Assembly (NCBI GenBank): GCA_027460535.1
Contig: JAPZAR010000031.1
Coordinates: 30,001-62,000, forward strand
Origin: Candidatus Methanoperedens sp.
Lineage (GTDB): Archaea; Halobacteriota; Methanosarcinia; Methanosarcinales; Methanoperedenaceae
DNA length: 32,000 bases
Reading direction: 5' to 3'
Part shown: in pieces, positions 9,193-16,997 of the stretch
How positions within the stretch are numbered: position 1 is the stretch's first letter
Layout of the letters: every line of letters starts with the position of its first letter
Notes under the pieces: generated by a model
Databases searched by the model: none
Told to the model about the DNA's origin: nothing
Seen by the model: only the letters and a program-made list of their open reading frames with translations
Made by a program: the position numbers and the translations under genes

Positions 9193-9261
9193 GAGGTTGG
9201 CAGCAAAAAAGTTTTTAAATGTTGGGTTAGGATGGTGGTGGTAATTGTTCCTGCCAACCTC
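9193..9261. other. 11-bp perfect inverted repeat in convergent intergenic region
   Basis: GAGGTTGGCAG (9193-9203) and CTGCCAACCTC (9251-9261) are separated by 47 nt. They lie between the convergent genes ending at 9157 (+) and 9389 (-). Confidence 0.4.
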
Positions 9262-9388
9262 GCAATCAGATGATATTACCTAAAGGATGATAAGCTATTT
9301 GGGTTATTATCATTTTGTGAGAATGGGCTACAAATCGATTTTCTGGAAATATGATAAAAAACCGTTGGAAATATAATGTTGTCAAGGG

Positions 9389-9946
9389 TTATTTCCATTC
9401 CTTTATAACTTCAGCGAAAGGGACAACAATGCATAGCCCTGCCAGAGCCTTTAAACTTGCCTCATGCATCTCCTTGTCCCTGGATGATACGCAGTCTTTT
9501 AGAACAACAGGATAAAAACCCCTGTTTGAGGCATCCCTTGCACTTGAAGAAATGCCAAATTCCGTAGATATGCCCGTGAAAACAATGGCGTCAATGCCTT
9601 TATTCCTGATCATGTACTCGACATGAGTGTCTATGAATATGCTAGCTGTATGCTTTTTGATTACCAGGTCATTGTCCAGAGGAGCAACATCTGCGGGAAT
9701 ATCAGCATCAGAAGTTCCTGGTTTCAAAAATTCCGGCAATTTGGCAGGGTCATCGACACCGTACCTTTTCATCATAATATAAATTGACCATGATGAATTA
9801 GAATCCGCCGGTAATGGTGTGATCTTTGTATAAATAATGGAAATCCCTCTTTTCCTTGCTGCATGTATGACGGTTTTTAAATTTCCAAGGAATTCATCTT
9901 TATCAAATATACTGTTGACGAGGGCATTCTGGACATCCCATACCAC
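9389..9946 (-). CDS. isochorismatase-family cysteine hydrolase (start codon unresolved)
   Basis: GISIIYTKI...HTASIFIDTHVEYMIRNKGIDAIVFTGISTEFGISSSARDASNRGFYPVVLKDCVSS is a typical isochorismatase-like core. The homologous-looking frame continues upstream of the GTG at 9944-9946 (see findings). Confidence 0.8.
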   Translation of the reverse strand: MVWDVQNALVNSIFDKDEFLGNLKTVIHAARKRGISIIYTKITPLPADSNSSWSIYIMMKRYGVDDPAKLPEFLKPGTSDADIPADVAPLDNDLVIKKHTASIFIDTHVEYMIRNKGIDAIVFTGISTEFGISSSARDASNRGFYPVVLKDCVSSRDKEMHEASLKALAGLCIVVPFAEVIKEWK

Positions 9947-10244
9947 AAGTGCTGTGTGTTCAGGAGCAACTATTTCCTTTAGGGTTTCGTAGATCGTTTT
10001 ATTATGAAATCTTTTCGTGTATAGATACCTCCCTTTTTTTCAATGTATATACACCCCATAACGCACTTTCTCTCCCCCCGGAAGAGATATGCTGGTTCCA
10101 ATCCCATTCGTTCCAAGAGATAGTTAAAATAACAATCATAATAGCATTAATACTTTGCTTTTATATCTCTTTCAACTTACCTGGTCCTCAAATAGTTGGG
10201 TAGTAGCAAAAGAAATAAATAGCTTAAAGTTTAATCATTCTTGA

Positions 10245-11273
10245 ATGAAATATATATATATAGTGTTACTTGCTTCTATTTTGATACTAAGTGGATGTAC
10301 TGGCACCACAACCGATGGGTCTCTGCAGATTAAAACTGAGGAATTGCCGCAATGGATCTCTGGAGGGACTGCTACATACAAACCTGAAGTCACGGGAGGA
10401 AAACCCCCATATAACTTTTCAATTGGTGATGGAACGTCTCTTCCGCCAGGATTCAACATGGGACCAGACGGAACTATTGGAGGAGGTGGTACTCTTGCGC
10501 CAGGATCATCAAAAAGTATTTCGCAGCCATTCATGTTTGTTGTGACAGATAGCGCTGGAAATACGGCAAAAATCTCATACACTATAGTCATCACAGAACC
10601 GCCAATTGGAATTGTCCCGCAGGAAGTGGCATGCACCGTAAATCAAAGATGTAATGAAGTGATTGCGACAGCGACACGAGGAAATCCGCCGTACACATTC
10701 CAATCAGATACATTCCGGGAAGGCGCTCCACCGCTTGGAACAATCATTGATGTGAACGGCAGACTTACAGGAATACCGACGCAGGCAGGAGAATACACAG
10801 TTGGAGTTTGTGTAAAAGACACAGTGGCAAATTCAAAATGCGGGCATGCAACAGTGATCATCACTGAAGAAAACAATAATAGAATCAATGGAACAATATG
10901 GAAAGGAAGTTATTCAGAAAAAGAAACCAGCGAAGCATGTGTCAATACAAATAGCGGAACATTGGCATGGAACTTGAAAATCAGCGGAGATTCATTCAGT
11001 GGGACTGTTACTGATGATGGAGCAAGTATTTCATCGACCTGTGCGGGAGCAGAAACTGGCAGCTTTACAACATCCGGGACTGTCACAGGAACAATTTCAG
11101 GAGACTCATTCACAGGAACAATGGTTCTTAGCGGGGCAGGAGGAACATATAATCTTCCGGTACAGGGAACCATCACTGATGATACGATCACAGCGACATA
11201 TACGGGAACAGGAGCATTTTCAGATGGTTCAAGTACGACATATGTTGGCTCATTCACATTGAAAAGACAGTGA
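10245..11273 (+). CDS. secreted lipoprotein with two putative-Ig (He_PIG/dystroglycan-type) domains and a Gly/Thr/Ser-rich repeat C-terminus
   Basis: There is a lipobox-like signal MKYIYIVLLASILILSGC. GGKPPYNFSI...LPPGFNMGPDGTI and RGNPPYTFQS...LGTIIDVNGRLTGIPTQAGEYTVGVCVKD match the putative-Ig-domain pattern. The C-terminus repeats GDSFSGTVT and GDSFTGTMV. Confidence 0.7.
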   Translation: MKYIYIVLLASILILSGCTGTTTDGSLQIKTEELPQWISGGTATYKPEVTGGKPPYNFSIGDGTSLPPGFNMGPDGTIGGGGTLAPGSSKSISQPFMFVVTDSAGNTAKISYTIVITEPPIGIVPQEVACTVNQRCNEVIATATRGNPPYTFQSDTFREGAPPLGTIIDVNGRLTGIPTQAGEYTVGVCVKDTVANSKCGHATVIITEENNNRINGTIWKGSYSEKETSEACVNTNSGTLAWNLKISGDSFSGTVTDDGASISSTCAGAETGSFTTSGTVTGTISGDSFTGTMVLSGAGGTYNLPVQGTITDDTITATYTGTGAFSDGSSTTYVGSFTLKRQ

Positions 11274-11407
11274 TTCAAACGCCGAGCATCCGCTGGGATG
11301 ATTGTGGGAGTATCAAGGCCATTGCAGCCGTAATTTCATTTTTTTGAAACTGCTTTCAGAGGAATTTCAGGATATTCTTATATGGCCTTTCGTCCATTTG
11401 ACGAACC

Positions 11408-11806
11408 ATGAACCATTGGAAAGTATTGGCATTAGTAATGATTGGCCTGCTGGCTGTTGCAGTCGGACTAAGATTTACCTTTATTGAGACGCATGGATTT
11501 GCGCTGAACGAGTCGCAGAAGAGTTTTGCAATAAAATCAGCTCAGAATGGGTTGAGAAATGAAATTGGAAATAACGATTATAATGTTACTGTCCAGGACC
11601 ATGGATCGATAATATCAACGGCAAACGGGGATAAAAAGGTCGTCCGTGTTGTCCTCAATCAGGGAAATATAACCCTGACCGCTCTTGTCGATATGGATAC
11701 AGGCAGTGTTGTGGAAAAGACCCGGACGGAGTCCAGCGGATGGATAACGGATTTCCAGAATCAAAATCCAAAGCGCTGGGGCCATCAGCAATTATTTAAC
11801 CGGTGA
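11408..11806 (+). CDS. small N-terminally anchored PepSY-like protein carrying the HGFALN motif
   Basis: The TM anchor is WKVLALVMIGLLAVAVGL, followed by ETHGFALN. SFAIKSAQNGLRNEIG...VVRVVLNQGNITLTALVDMDTGSVVE is PepSY-like. Its stop lies 1 nt before the ABC ATPase start. Confidence 0.6.
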   Translation: MNHWKVLALVMIGLLAVAVGLRFTFIETHGFALNESQKSFAIKSAQNGLRNEIGNNDYNVTVQDHGSIISTANGDKKVVRVVLNQGNITLTALVDMDTGSVVEKTRTESSGWITDFQNQNPKRWGHQQLFNR

Positions 11807-11807
11807 A

Positions 11808-12488
11808 ATGATGGAAAATATAATGGAAATGGAAGATGTATGGAAAATTTATCGCATGGGTGAGTTTGATGTACCTGCGCTTGCGGGAATAGACCTGGCC
11901 ATCAAGGCAGGTGAGTTCGTGGCAATAACAGGACCAAGCGGATGCGGTAAGTCAACGATGCTAAATATGGTTGGCTGCATGGACATGCCCACAAAAGGCA
12001 GGGTGCTGCTTCAAGGCAGGGACATATCAGAATTTAACAGCAATGAGCTTGCGCGCACAAGAGGGAAAAAAATCGGATTTGTATTCCAGACGTTCAATCT
12101 GTATCCTACCCTTACAACACTGGAAAACATTCAGCTCCCGATGAGGATCCATGAATTTCCTCAGAGCGATATAGAGGAGACGTCAAGAAAACTGCTAGCT
12201 ACTGTTGGTTTATCTGAACGTGGAGGTCATTTTCCTTCCCAGTTATCAGGCGGACAGCAGCAGAGAGTTGCAGTAGCAAGATCACTCTCCACAGGTCCTT
12301 CCATTCTACTTGCAGACGAGCCTACAGGGAATCTGGATACAAAATCAGGAAGCGAAATAATGGATGTTTTCAAACGCTTGAACAGCGAGGGATTAACTAT
12401 TGTAATGATAACGCACGACATGAGGATTGCAGGATATGCAGGAAGAGTTGTTAAGATGCTTGATGGAAAAATTATAGGTGGAACATGA
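11808..12488 (+). CDS. ABC transporter ATP-binding protein, MacB/LolD-type (cassette 1)
   Basis: Walker A is GPSGCGKST, the Q-loop is FVFQ, the signature is LSGGQQQRVAVARSL, Walker B is ILLADEPTGNLD, and the H-loop is ITHD. Confidence 0.92.
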   Translation: MMENIMEMEDVWKIYRMGEFDVPALAGIDLAIKAGEFVAITGPSGCGKSTMLNMVGCMDMPTKGRVLLQGRDISEFNSNELARTRGKKIGFVFQTFNLYPTLTTLENIQLPMRIHEFPQSDIEETSRKLLATVGLSERGGHFPSQLSGGQQQRVAVARSLSTGPSILLADEPTGNLDTKSGSEIMDVFKRLNSEGLTIVMITHDMRIAGYAGRVVKMLDGKIIGGT

Positions 12489-13681
12489 ATAAATTCAATT
12501 TAATTTTGATAGTCGTTTCAACAGTATTGTTATCAATGGTCGCATCTGCTCAATCAAATTATCTTGTGACTGAAAGCGCACCCGTTTTTCCAGGAGATAC
12601 GACCTATGTCTATGTGCCGATACAGAATATGGGGTTCGGTACGTTCATGGAAGATGTATCGGCCAGACTGGAGCCCAAAGATAATGCTTCAGCCAATTCA
12701 GTAACGATCCTTGATGATGCGTATTCATTGGGAACTATAAACAATTGGGGAGACCAGAGAACTGCAAAATTCAGGATCCACATAAATCCTGATGCCACGG
12801 AAGGAGAGTATTATTTCAATGTTTATATTACCTACAAGGGCCAGCAAATGAATAGCGGTACGCAACAAACTCCGGTAACAACCAAGCTGGAGGACCAGAT
12901 ATTAACTATTAAGGGGAAGCCCTTGATAGTGCTGCTCAATTCAACGCTTGGAACCATAGCACCGATGAGCATTAATAAGGAGACTCTGCAATTCAAAAAT
13001 ACAGGCACAGGCACACTACAGAGCGCCGTGGCTGGAATAGACCTTACAGGAACGAATTCAGCGTTTTCCATTCTTGGCGCAGGGACTCTGTTTTCCCTCG
13101 GCAACCTGAAGGCAGGAGATGAGGCAGATATTACATTTGATCTGGCCGTAGATATTGCGGCCCATCCTGGTGTATATAATCTTCCTATAACAATTACAGG
13201 ACTGAACAATTATTCCTCCGATAATTTTGTTGGACTGGTTGTCGCAGGGACAACTAATTTTGAGATAAGTTACCAGGAAACTCTGGGCTCTTTTTCGCTA
13301 AATGTCGCCAACGTAGGGATAAGTCCTGCCAGTGCAGTGACAGTAACCCTTCCGCGACAAAAGAACTTCTCTTCAACAGGGAGCAGTTCTTCTGTGCTTG
13401 GGAATTTAAATCCGGGTGATTACACATCAGCCATATTCCAGATTGCAAAAATACCGGGTGCTGGCAACGGTCTTGAGGTCTACATACAATATACCGACAC
13501 AAGCGGACAGAGACAATCGATTACAAAGTATCTTCCTGTGGAATTATCCCAGTCTGGCACACAAACCAGGTCAGCAAGCACAAATTATACAACATGGTTA
13601 TTTGCAGCTATTGTTATACTGGCAATATACTGGCAGAGAAGAAAAATAACAACATATTTCCAGAAACAAAAAGGAAGGTGA
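12485..13681 (+). CDS. secreted three-domain Ig-like (CARDB / COG1361 'S-layer-like' type) protein with C-terminal TM anchor (cassette 1)
   Basis: The signal peptide is MNKFNLILIVVSTVLLSMVASAQS. Modules repeat, each ending in G(N/T)L..GD...F.I....A..G.Y (for example GNLKAGDEADITFDLAVDIAAHPGVYNLPITI and GNLNPGDYTSAIFQI). The C-terminal anchor is WLFAAIVILAIYWQRRK. There is an ATGA start/stop overlap with the ATPase gene. Confidence 0.7.
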   Translation: MNKFNLILIVVSTVLLSMVASAQSNYLVTESAPVFPGDTTYVYVPIQNMGFGTFMEDVSARLEPKDNASANSVTILDDAYSLGTINNWGDQRTAKFRIHINPDATEGEYYFNVYITYKGQQMNSGTQQTPVTTKLEDQILTIKGKPLIVLLNSTLGTIAPMSINKETLQFKNTGTGTLQSAVAGIDLTGTNSAFSILGAGTLFSLGNLKAGDEADITFDLAVDIAAHPGVYNLPITITGLNNYSSDNFVGLVVAGTTNFEISYQETLGSFSLNVANVGISPASAVTVTLPRQKNFSSTGSSSSVLGNLNPGDYTSAIFQIAKIPGAGNGLEVYIQYTDTSGQRQSITKYLPVELSQSGTQTRSASTNYTTWLFAAIVILAIYWQRRKITTYFQKQKGR

Positions 13682-13720
13682 GACCCTGTATTTAAACACG
13701 GGGACTGACGAGGACTAAAT

Positions 13721-14971
13721 ATGAAGACTTTTGACATTTTCAAATTATCCCTGAGCCATGTAAAAAAAAGCAAGATGCGAAGCTGGCTCACTATAATAGG
13801 TATTGTAATAGGCGTAGCCGCTGTCGTAGCTATAATTTCCATTGGCCAGGGAATGCAGGAGAGCGTGGCGGCTCGTCTGGGAAGCCTTGGAGCCGATCTG
13901 ATCACGGTCACTCCGGGTTTTTCACGGGCTTCAGGCGGGGGTTTTGAAGGGAGATCGGCTGGTTCCGGAGGTAGCATTAACCTCACTGATAAAGACGTGA
14001 ATGTGATTAAGCAGGTGCCGGGCGTGCTCTATGTAAACGGCATGGTATCTGGCCGGGCGGATATGATATTGGGTACTGAGAAGACCTCCGTATCTATCAG
14101 CGGTATTGATACCGCGGTCTGGCGTTCCATGGTCACCACGCAGCTTGAAGCAGGCAGATATCTTCAGCCGGGCGATTCAAACGCTGTAGTCATTGGCTAC
14201 TCTTTAGCGCACGAAACTTTTTTACAGCCGATCACCCTGAACAGGCCGGTTACAATAGGGGGCAAGACTTTCAAAGTCGTTGGAGTATTCGTACAATCAG
14301 GTGGAGGTTTTGGAGGGGGAAGTGATAATGCAGTATATATGTCGGATGATTTTGCCAGGGATGTGATAACCACGAATGTATCCAGGAATACATTTACGTC
14401 GATTACGGTAAAGGTAACGGACCCCGCGCTGGCGAGTAAAATAGCCGATGATATTGTAGCAAAACTTATGCCGTCGAGGCACGTCAATCCGAGAACCAGA
14501 GATTTTACAGTCACGGCGTTCGCAACAATACAACAACAGATAACCAGTGTCGTCCAGACCATATCGCTGTTCCTTGCTTCGATAGCGGCAGTTTCGCTTC
14601 TGGTAGGAGCTGTGGGTATAGCGAATACCATGTTCATGTCTGTTATGGAACGCACAAGGCAGATAGGACTGCTCAAGGCATTGGGCGCTACGGATAATGA
14701 AGTAATGAAACTTTTCCTTATAGAATCAGGATTATTTGGGTTCGTAGGAGGGGTGCTGGGAATAATTTTTGGCGTACTGATATCCCTCATAATATCCGTA
14801 GTTGGTCTTAGGGCAATAGGACCGGGCGGGACAATGAACGCAGTCGTCTCACCAGAGCTTCTTATTTTTGCACTTGGATTCTCCGTATTCGTAGGCGTGG
14901 TCTCAGGCGTCGTGCCTGCAAGGACAGCCGCAAAGATGAACCCTGTGGATGCCCTGCGTTTTGAGCAATAA
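13721..14971 (+). CDS. ABC transporter permease, MacB/FtsX family (cassette 1)
   Basis: KMRSWLTIIGIVIGVAAVVAIISIGQG is the MacB N-terminal TM. A large extracytoplasmic domain follows. The C-terminal FtsX domain is LLVGAVGIANTMFMSVMERTRQIGLLKALGAT...PARTAAKMNPVDALRFE. Confidence 0.9.
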   Translation: MKTFDIFKLSLSHVKKSKMRSWLTIIGIVIGVAAVVAIISIGQGMQESVAARLGSLGADLITVTPGFSRASGGGFEGRSAGSGGSINLTDKDVNVIKQVPGVLYVNGMVSGRADMILGTEKTSVSISGIDTAVWRSMVTTQLEAGRYLQPGDSNAVVIGYSLAHETFLQPITLNRPVTIGGKTFKVVGVFVQSGGGFGGGSDNAVYMSDDFARDVITTNVSRNTFTSITVKVTDPALASKIADDIVAKLMPSRHVNPRTRDFTVTAFATIQQQITSVVQTISLFLASIAAVSLLVGAVGIANTMFMSVMERTRQIGLLKALGATDNEVMKLFLIESGLFGFVGGVLGIIFGVLISLIISVVGLRAIGPGGTMNAVVSPELLIFALGFSVFVGVVSGVVPARTAAKMNPVDALRFEQ

Positions 14972-14996
14972 GAGGTGAACATATAAAATTGAAAAA

Positions 14997-15002
14997 TTTT
15001 TT
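14997..15002 (+). terminator. oligo-T tract downstream of cassette 1 permease (candidate archaeal terminator)
   Basis: A T6 run lies about 25 nt after the stop at 14971. Archaeal termination typically uses oligo-T signals. Confidence 0.3.
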
Positions 15003-15156
15003 ACTGAAAACTTGTGATAGTATTAATTCATGTTTAATACAGAATTTTAACTGGCCACCTTACTCATTGGTCAGGTATCCTGCGACGCCCATTATGCTGA
15101 ATTATGGTTGGAGACTATAACTTATGTTTTGGCAAGCATACAATTTATCAGTAAGC

Positions 15157-16065
15157 ATGAAAGTTCGAACAGCCTTGTTCTTGATGATACTGCTGATAAA
15201 TTCCACACATGCACAGGAAATCCCACACGAGGAGCAGGTATTGCTAAATGGTTATGTGGACAATTCCGGGAAAGTTCTCTTGACAGGCTATGCCACACCC
15301 GGATCTCTATCTTATATGCATTTCTTAAACGGGACACAGTATACCTTCGACAACAATACCAGCCAGCTTTATGCCGTAACAGATATGCTGACATCAAAGA
15401 GCGCAGATACATGGTCGCTCAACTTTTCTTCAGAAGGTTATTATTCAGATTATTCTGTAACATTTTATCTTCCGCCTGGTTCTGAGGTCACGAAATTTGA
15501 CATACAGCCGGAACTCAATTATCAATTCCAGGTCAAGGAGGACTCGCTTACCTTATCCATACAGGGATACAGGGTGGTGTCTCCCTGGATCAAAGTGGAT
15601 TACAAAGTACCGGCCGAAGTACAGGGTCAATCAAGTGGTCTGGTTACTTCCGTGCTTCCTGTATCACTAATTATTGTGTTGATTGCTGGAGCTACTTTCC
15701 TGATCTATAGACGCAGAATGCAGAAAAAAACAGCCATTCCTGAGAAAAAAGAATCACAGGATCAAGAGAAAAAAGTTATCCCTGAAACAAAACCTGAAAC
15801 GAAAGAAATCCATGCCACGGGCGAGATGCAAAAGGTCATAGATACTCTTTCCGATAAGGAGAAGGCAATAATAGGCTTATTGTTAAAAAACGGAGGTTCT
15901 GCAACGCAGGCTGATATTCGATATGAGATCATGATTCCAAAATCTTCGCTTACAGGCATATTAAACGCTTTAAAGAGGAGAAACATAATAAAAAAGCATG
16001 AATATGGAAGAACGAATGTTATAGAACTTTCAGAATGGTTTTTGTCAGAAAAAGAATTCAAATAG
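15157..16065 (+). CDS. membrane-tethered MarR/TrmB-like winged-helix regulator with extracytoplasmic N-terminal domain
   Basis: The signal peptide is MKVRTALFLMILLINSTHAQ. An extracellular domain of about 170 aa rich in N-x-S/T follows, then the TM VLPVSLIIVLIAGATFLIY and RRR. A K/E-rich linker leads to the wHTH LSDKEKAIIGLLLKNGGSATQADIRYEIMIPKSSLTGILNALKRRNIIKKHEYGRTNVIEL. The ATG at 15157 is preferred over 15124. Confidence 0.7.
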   Translation: MKVRTALFLMILLINSTHAQEIPHEEQVLLNGYVDNSGKVLLTGYATPGSLSYMHFLNGTQYTFDNNTSQLYAVTDMLTSKSADTWSLNFSSEGYYSDYSVTFYLPPGSEVTKFDIQPELNYQFQVKEDSLTLSIQGYRVVSPWIKVDYKVPAEVQGQSSGLVTSVLPVSLIIVLIAGATFLIYRRRMQKKTAIPEKKESQDQEKKVIPETKPETKEIHATGEMQKVIDTLSDKEKAIIGLLLKNGGSATQADIRYEIMIPKSSLTGILNALKRRNIIKKHEYGRTNVIELSEWFLSEKEFK

Positions 16066-16080
16066 GAAACAGTCTGGTTT

Positions 16081-16575
16081 ATGGATGATTTGGATTATTT
16101 CAAGGAGTTGGCAGCCGATATACAGCACTCTGAAATTAATATACCCATAATGGATATCGAATTGACCCTCAGTGTGAAATATTTTTTGAATGACTCCGGA
16201 GTAGGCTACTGCAGCTTATTAATTAATAAAATTCATGCTAGCGGTTTGAAAGGAAATATAGAAGCTGCAGCAGCAGAGGCTTATGTGGGAAGGTCAATCT
16301 TCATTTTTTTATCTGAATTGGATGATGGGCTGAAACTAATCACAGTACCTGCTTTATTTGAAAAGCAATCATGCCTTGATGAAAAAATATATTTGGCTAA
16401 TTTTATTGTAAATGCATATTATCCTGCGGATTTCAAGAAAACAGCTCACGAGGTCTATGAAGAGCATATGAACGCCTTGATCGGAAAAAAGATACGCAAA
16501 GATGTAGCCTATCTCTCGCGCAGCATTCTTAATCTTCCAACAATAGCCCTTGAAATATTGAGATGTTATAGATAA
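16081..16575 (+). CDS. hypothetical cytoplasmic protein
   Basis: A 164-aa ORF on the same strand, 15 nt after the regulator gene. I recognised no motif. Confidence 0.45.
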   Translation: MDDLDYFKELAADIQHSEINIPIMDIELTLSVKYFLNDSGVGYCSLLINKIHASGLKGNIEAAAAEAYVGRSIFIFLSELDDGLKLITVPALFEKQSCLDEKIYLANFIVNAYYPADFKKTAHEVYEEHMNALIGKKIRKDVAYLSRSILNLPTIALEILRCYR

Positions 16576-16765
16576 TAGTTCTTTTTGGGTTTTCTCCAAA
16601 TTCAATTCCTAATTCAAATAAAACCCTTTAAATGATGATTAATATCTCAATTCCCTATTATGAGCCGCTTCTCCTCCGCTATACGATCAAGTTCAGGACT
16701 CAGCTGGGATGGATATATTGCGAAATTTCGGAATTCGACAGGAATGAGGAATAATTCAATGATGA

Positions 16766-16846
16766 TTCGATGCAGGAATCTGGATGGCCTCATGTCGCCA
16801 TTTTGAACTTTCAGATGGTTTTTTATCAAAAAATGAACCAAAATAA
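16766..16846 (+). pseudogene. 3'-terminal remnant (copy A) of a paralog of the wHTH regulator gene
   Basis: The frame reads ...FELSDGFLSKNEPK*, which aligns with the intact regulator C-terminus VIELSEWFLSEKEFK*. An in-frame stop lies at 16763-16765, so no gene body remains. Confidence 0.55.
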
Positions 16847-16863
16847 AGCATTTTTATTATAAC

Positions 16864-16895
16864 GTTCTGCATCGCATTTATGTATCGTTCGATCC
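16864..16895 (+). promoter_or_regulatory. conserved 32-nt promoter/operator element, copy A
   Basis: The sequence is GTTCTGCATCGCATTTATGTATCGTTCGATCC. It has a TATA-like core (TTTATGTAT) flanked by GTTC-containing arms. GGTGA and an ATG follow 24 nt downstream. It matches copy B at 27 of 32 positions. Confidence 0.6.
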
Positions 16896-16919
16896 AACCC
16901 GACATCTTAGGTGAAGAAA

Positions 16920-16973
16920 ATGAGAATGACCATGAAACTACCATTGCAGGATAGCCGTCAAGCCCCGGAGTGA
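16920..16973 (+). pseudogene. 5' remnant of an HGFALN-family gene (17 codons then stop)
   Basis: ATGAGAATGACCATGAAACTACC aligns with the start of the 18235 gene, ATGAAAATAACGAAGAAAACAGC. It sits at the same spacing from the 32-nt element. It translates as MRMTMKLPLQDSRQAPE*. Confidence 0.5.
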
Positions 16974-16997
16974 AGGCTTTACTGAAAGGAGATTGAT

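Noticed and set aside
13917-13985. Gly-rich loops in both FtsX permeases (SGGGFEGRSAGSGGS; also GGGMYGMRGGGGGGG at about 21797-21846), considered as a link to the Met/Gly-rich secreted proteins
   Set aside because: To my knowledge, Gly-rich stretches at this position of the extracytoplasmic domain are common in MacB/FtsX-type permeases of monoderm organisms. They are not specific evidence for a shared function.
14197-14982. 261-aa minus-strand ORF, the longest antisense ORF in the window. Similar antisense ORFs are 5041..5622, 10235..10636, 10910..11278, 12832..13209, 13585..13986, 21598..22035, 21636..21926 and 22347..22745.
   Set aside because: Each is fully embedded antisense in a gene with strong family motifs (FtsX permeases, Ig-like proteins, lipoprotein, membrane protein). 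Their products are Pro/Ser/Thr-rich with no recognisable domains. This is typical of shadow frames of Gly/Ala/Val-rich genes.
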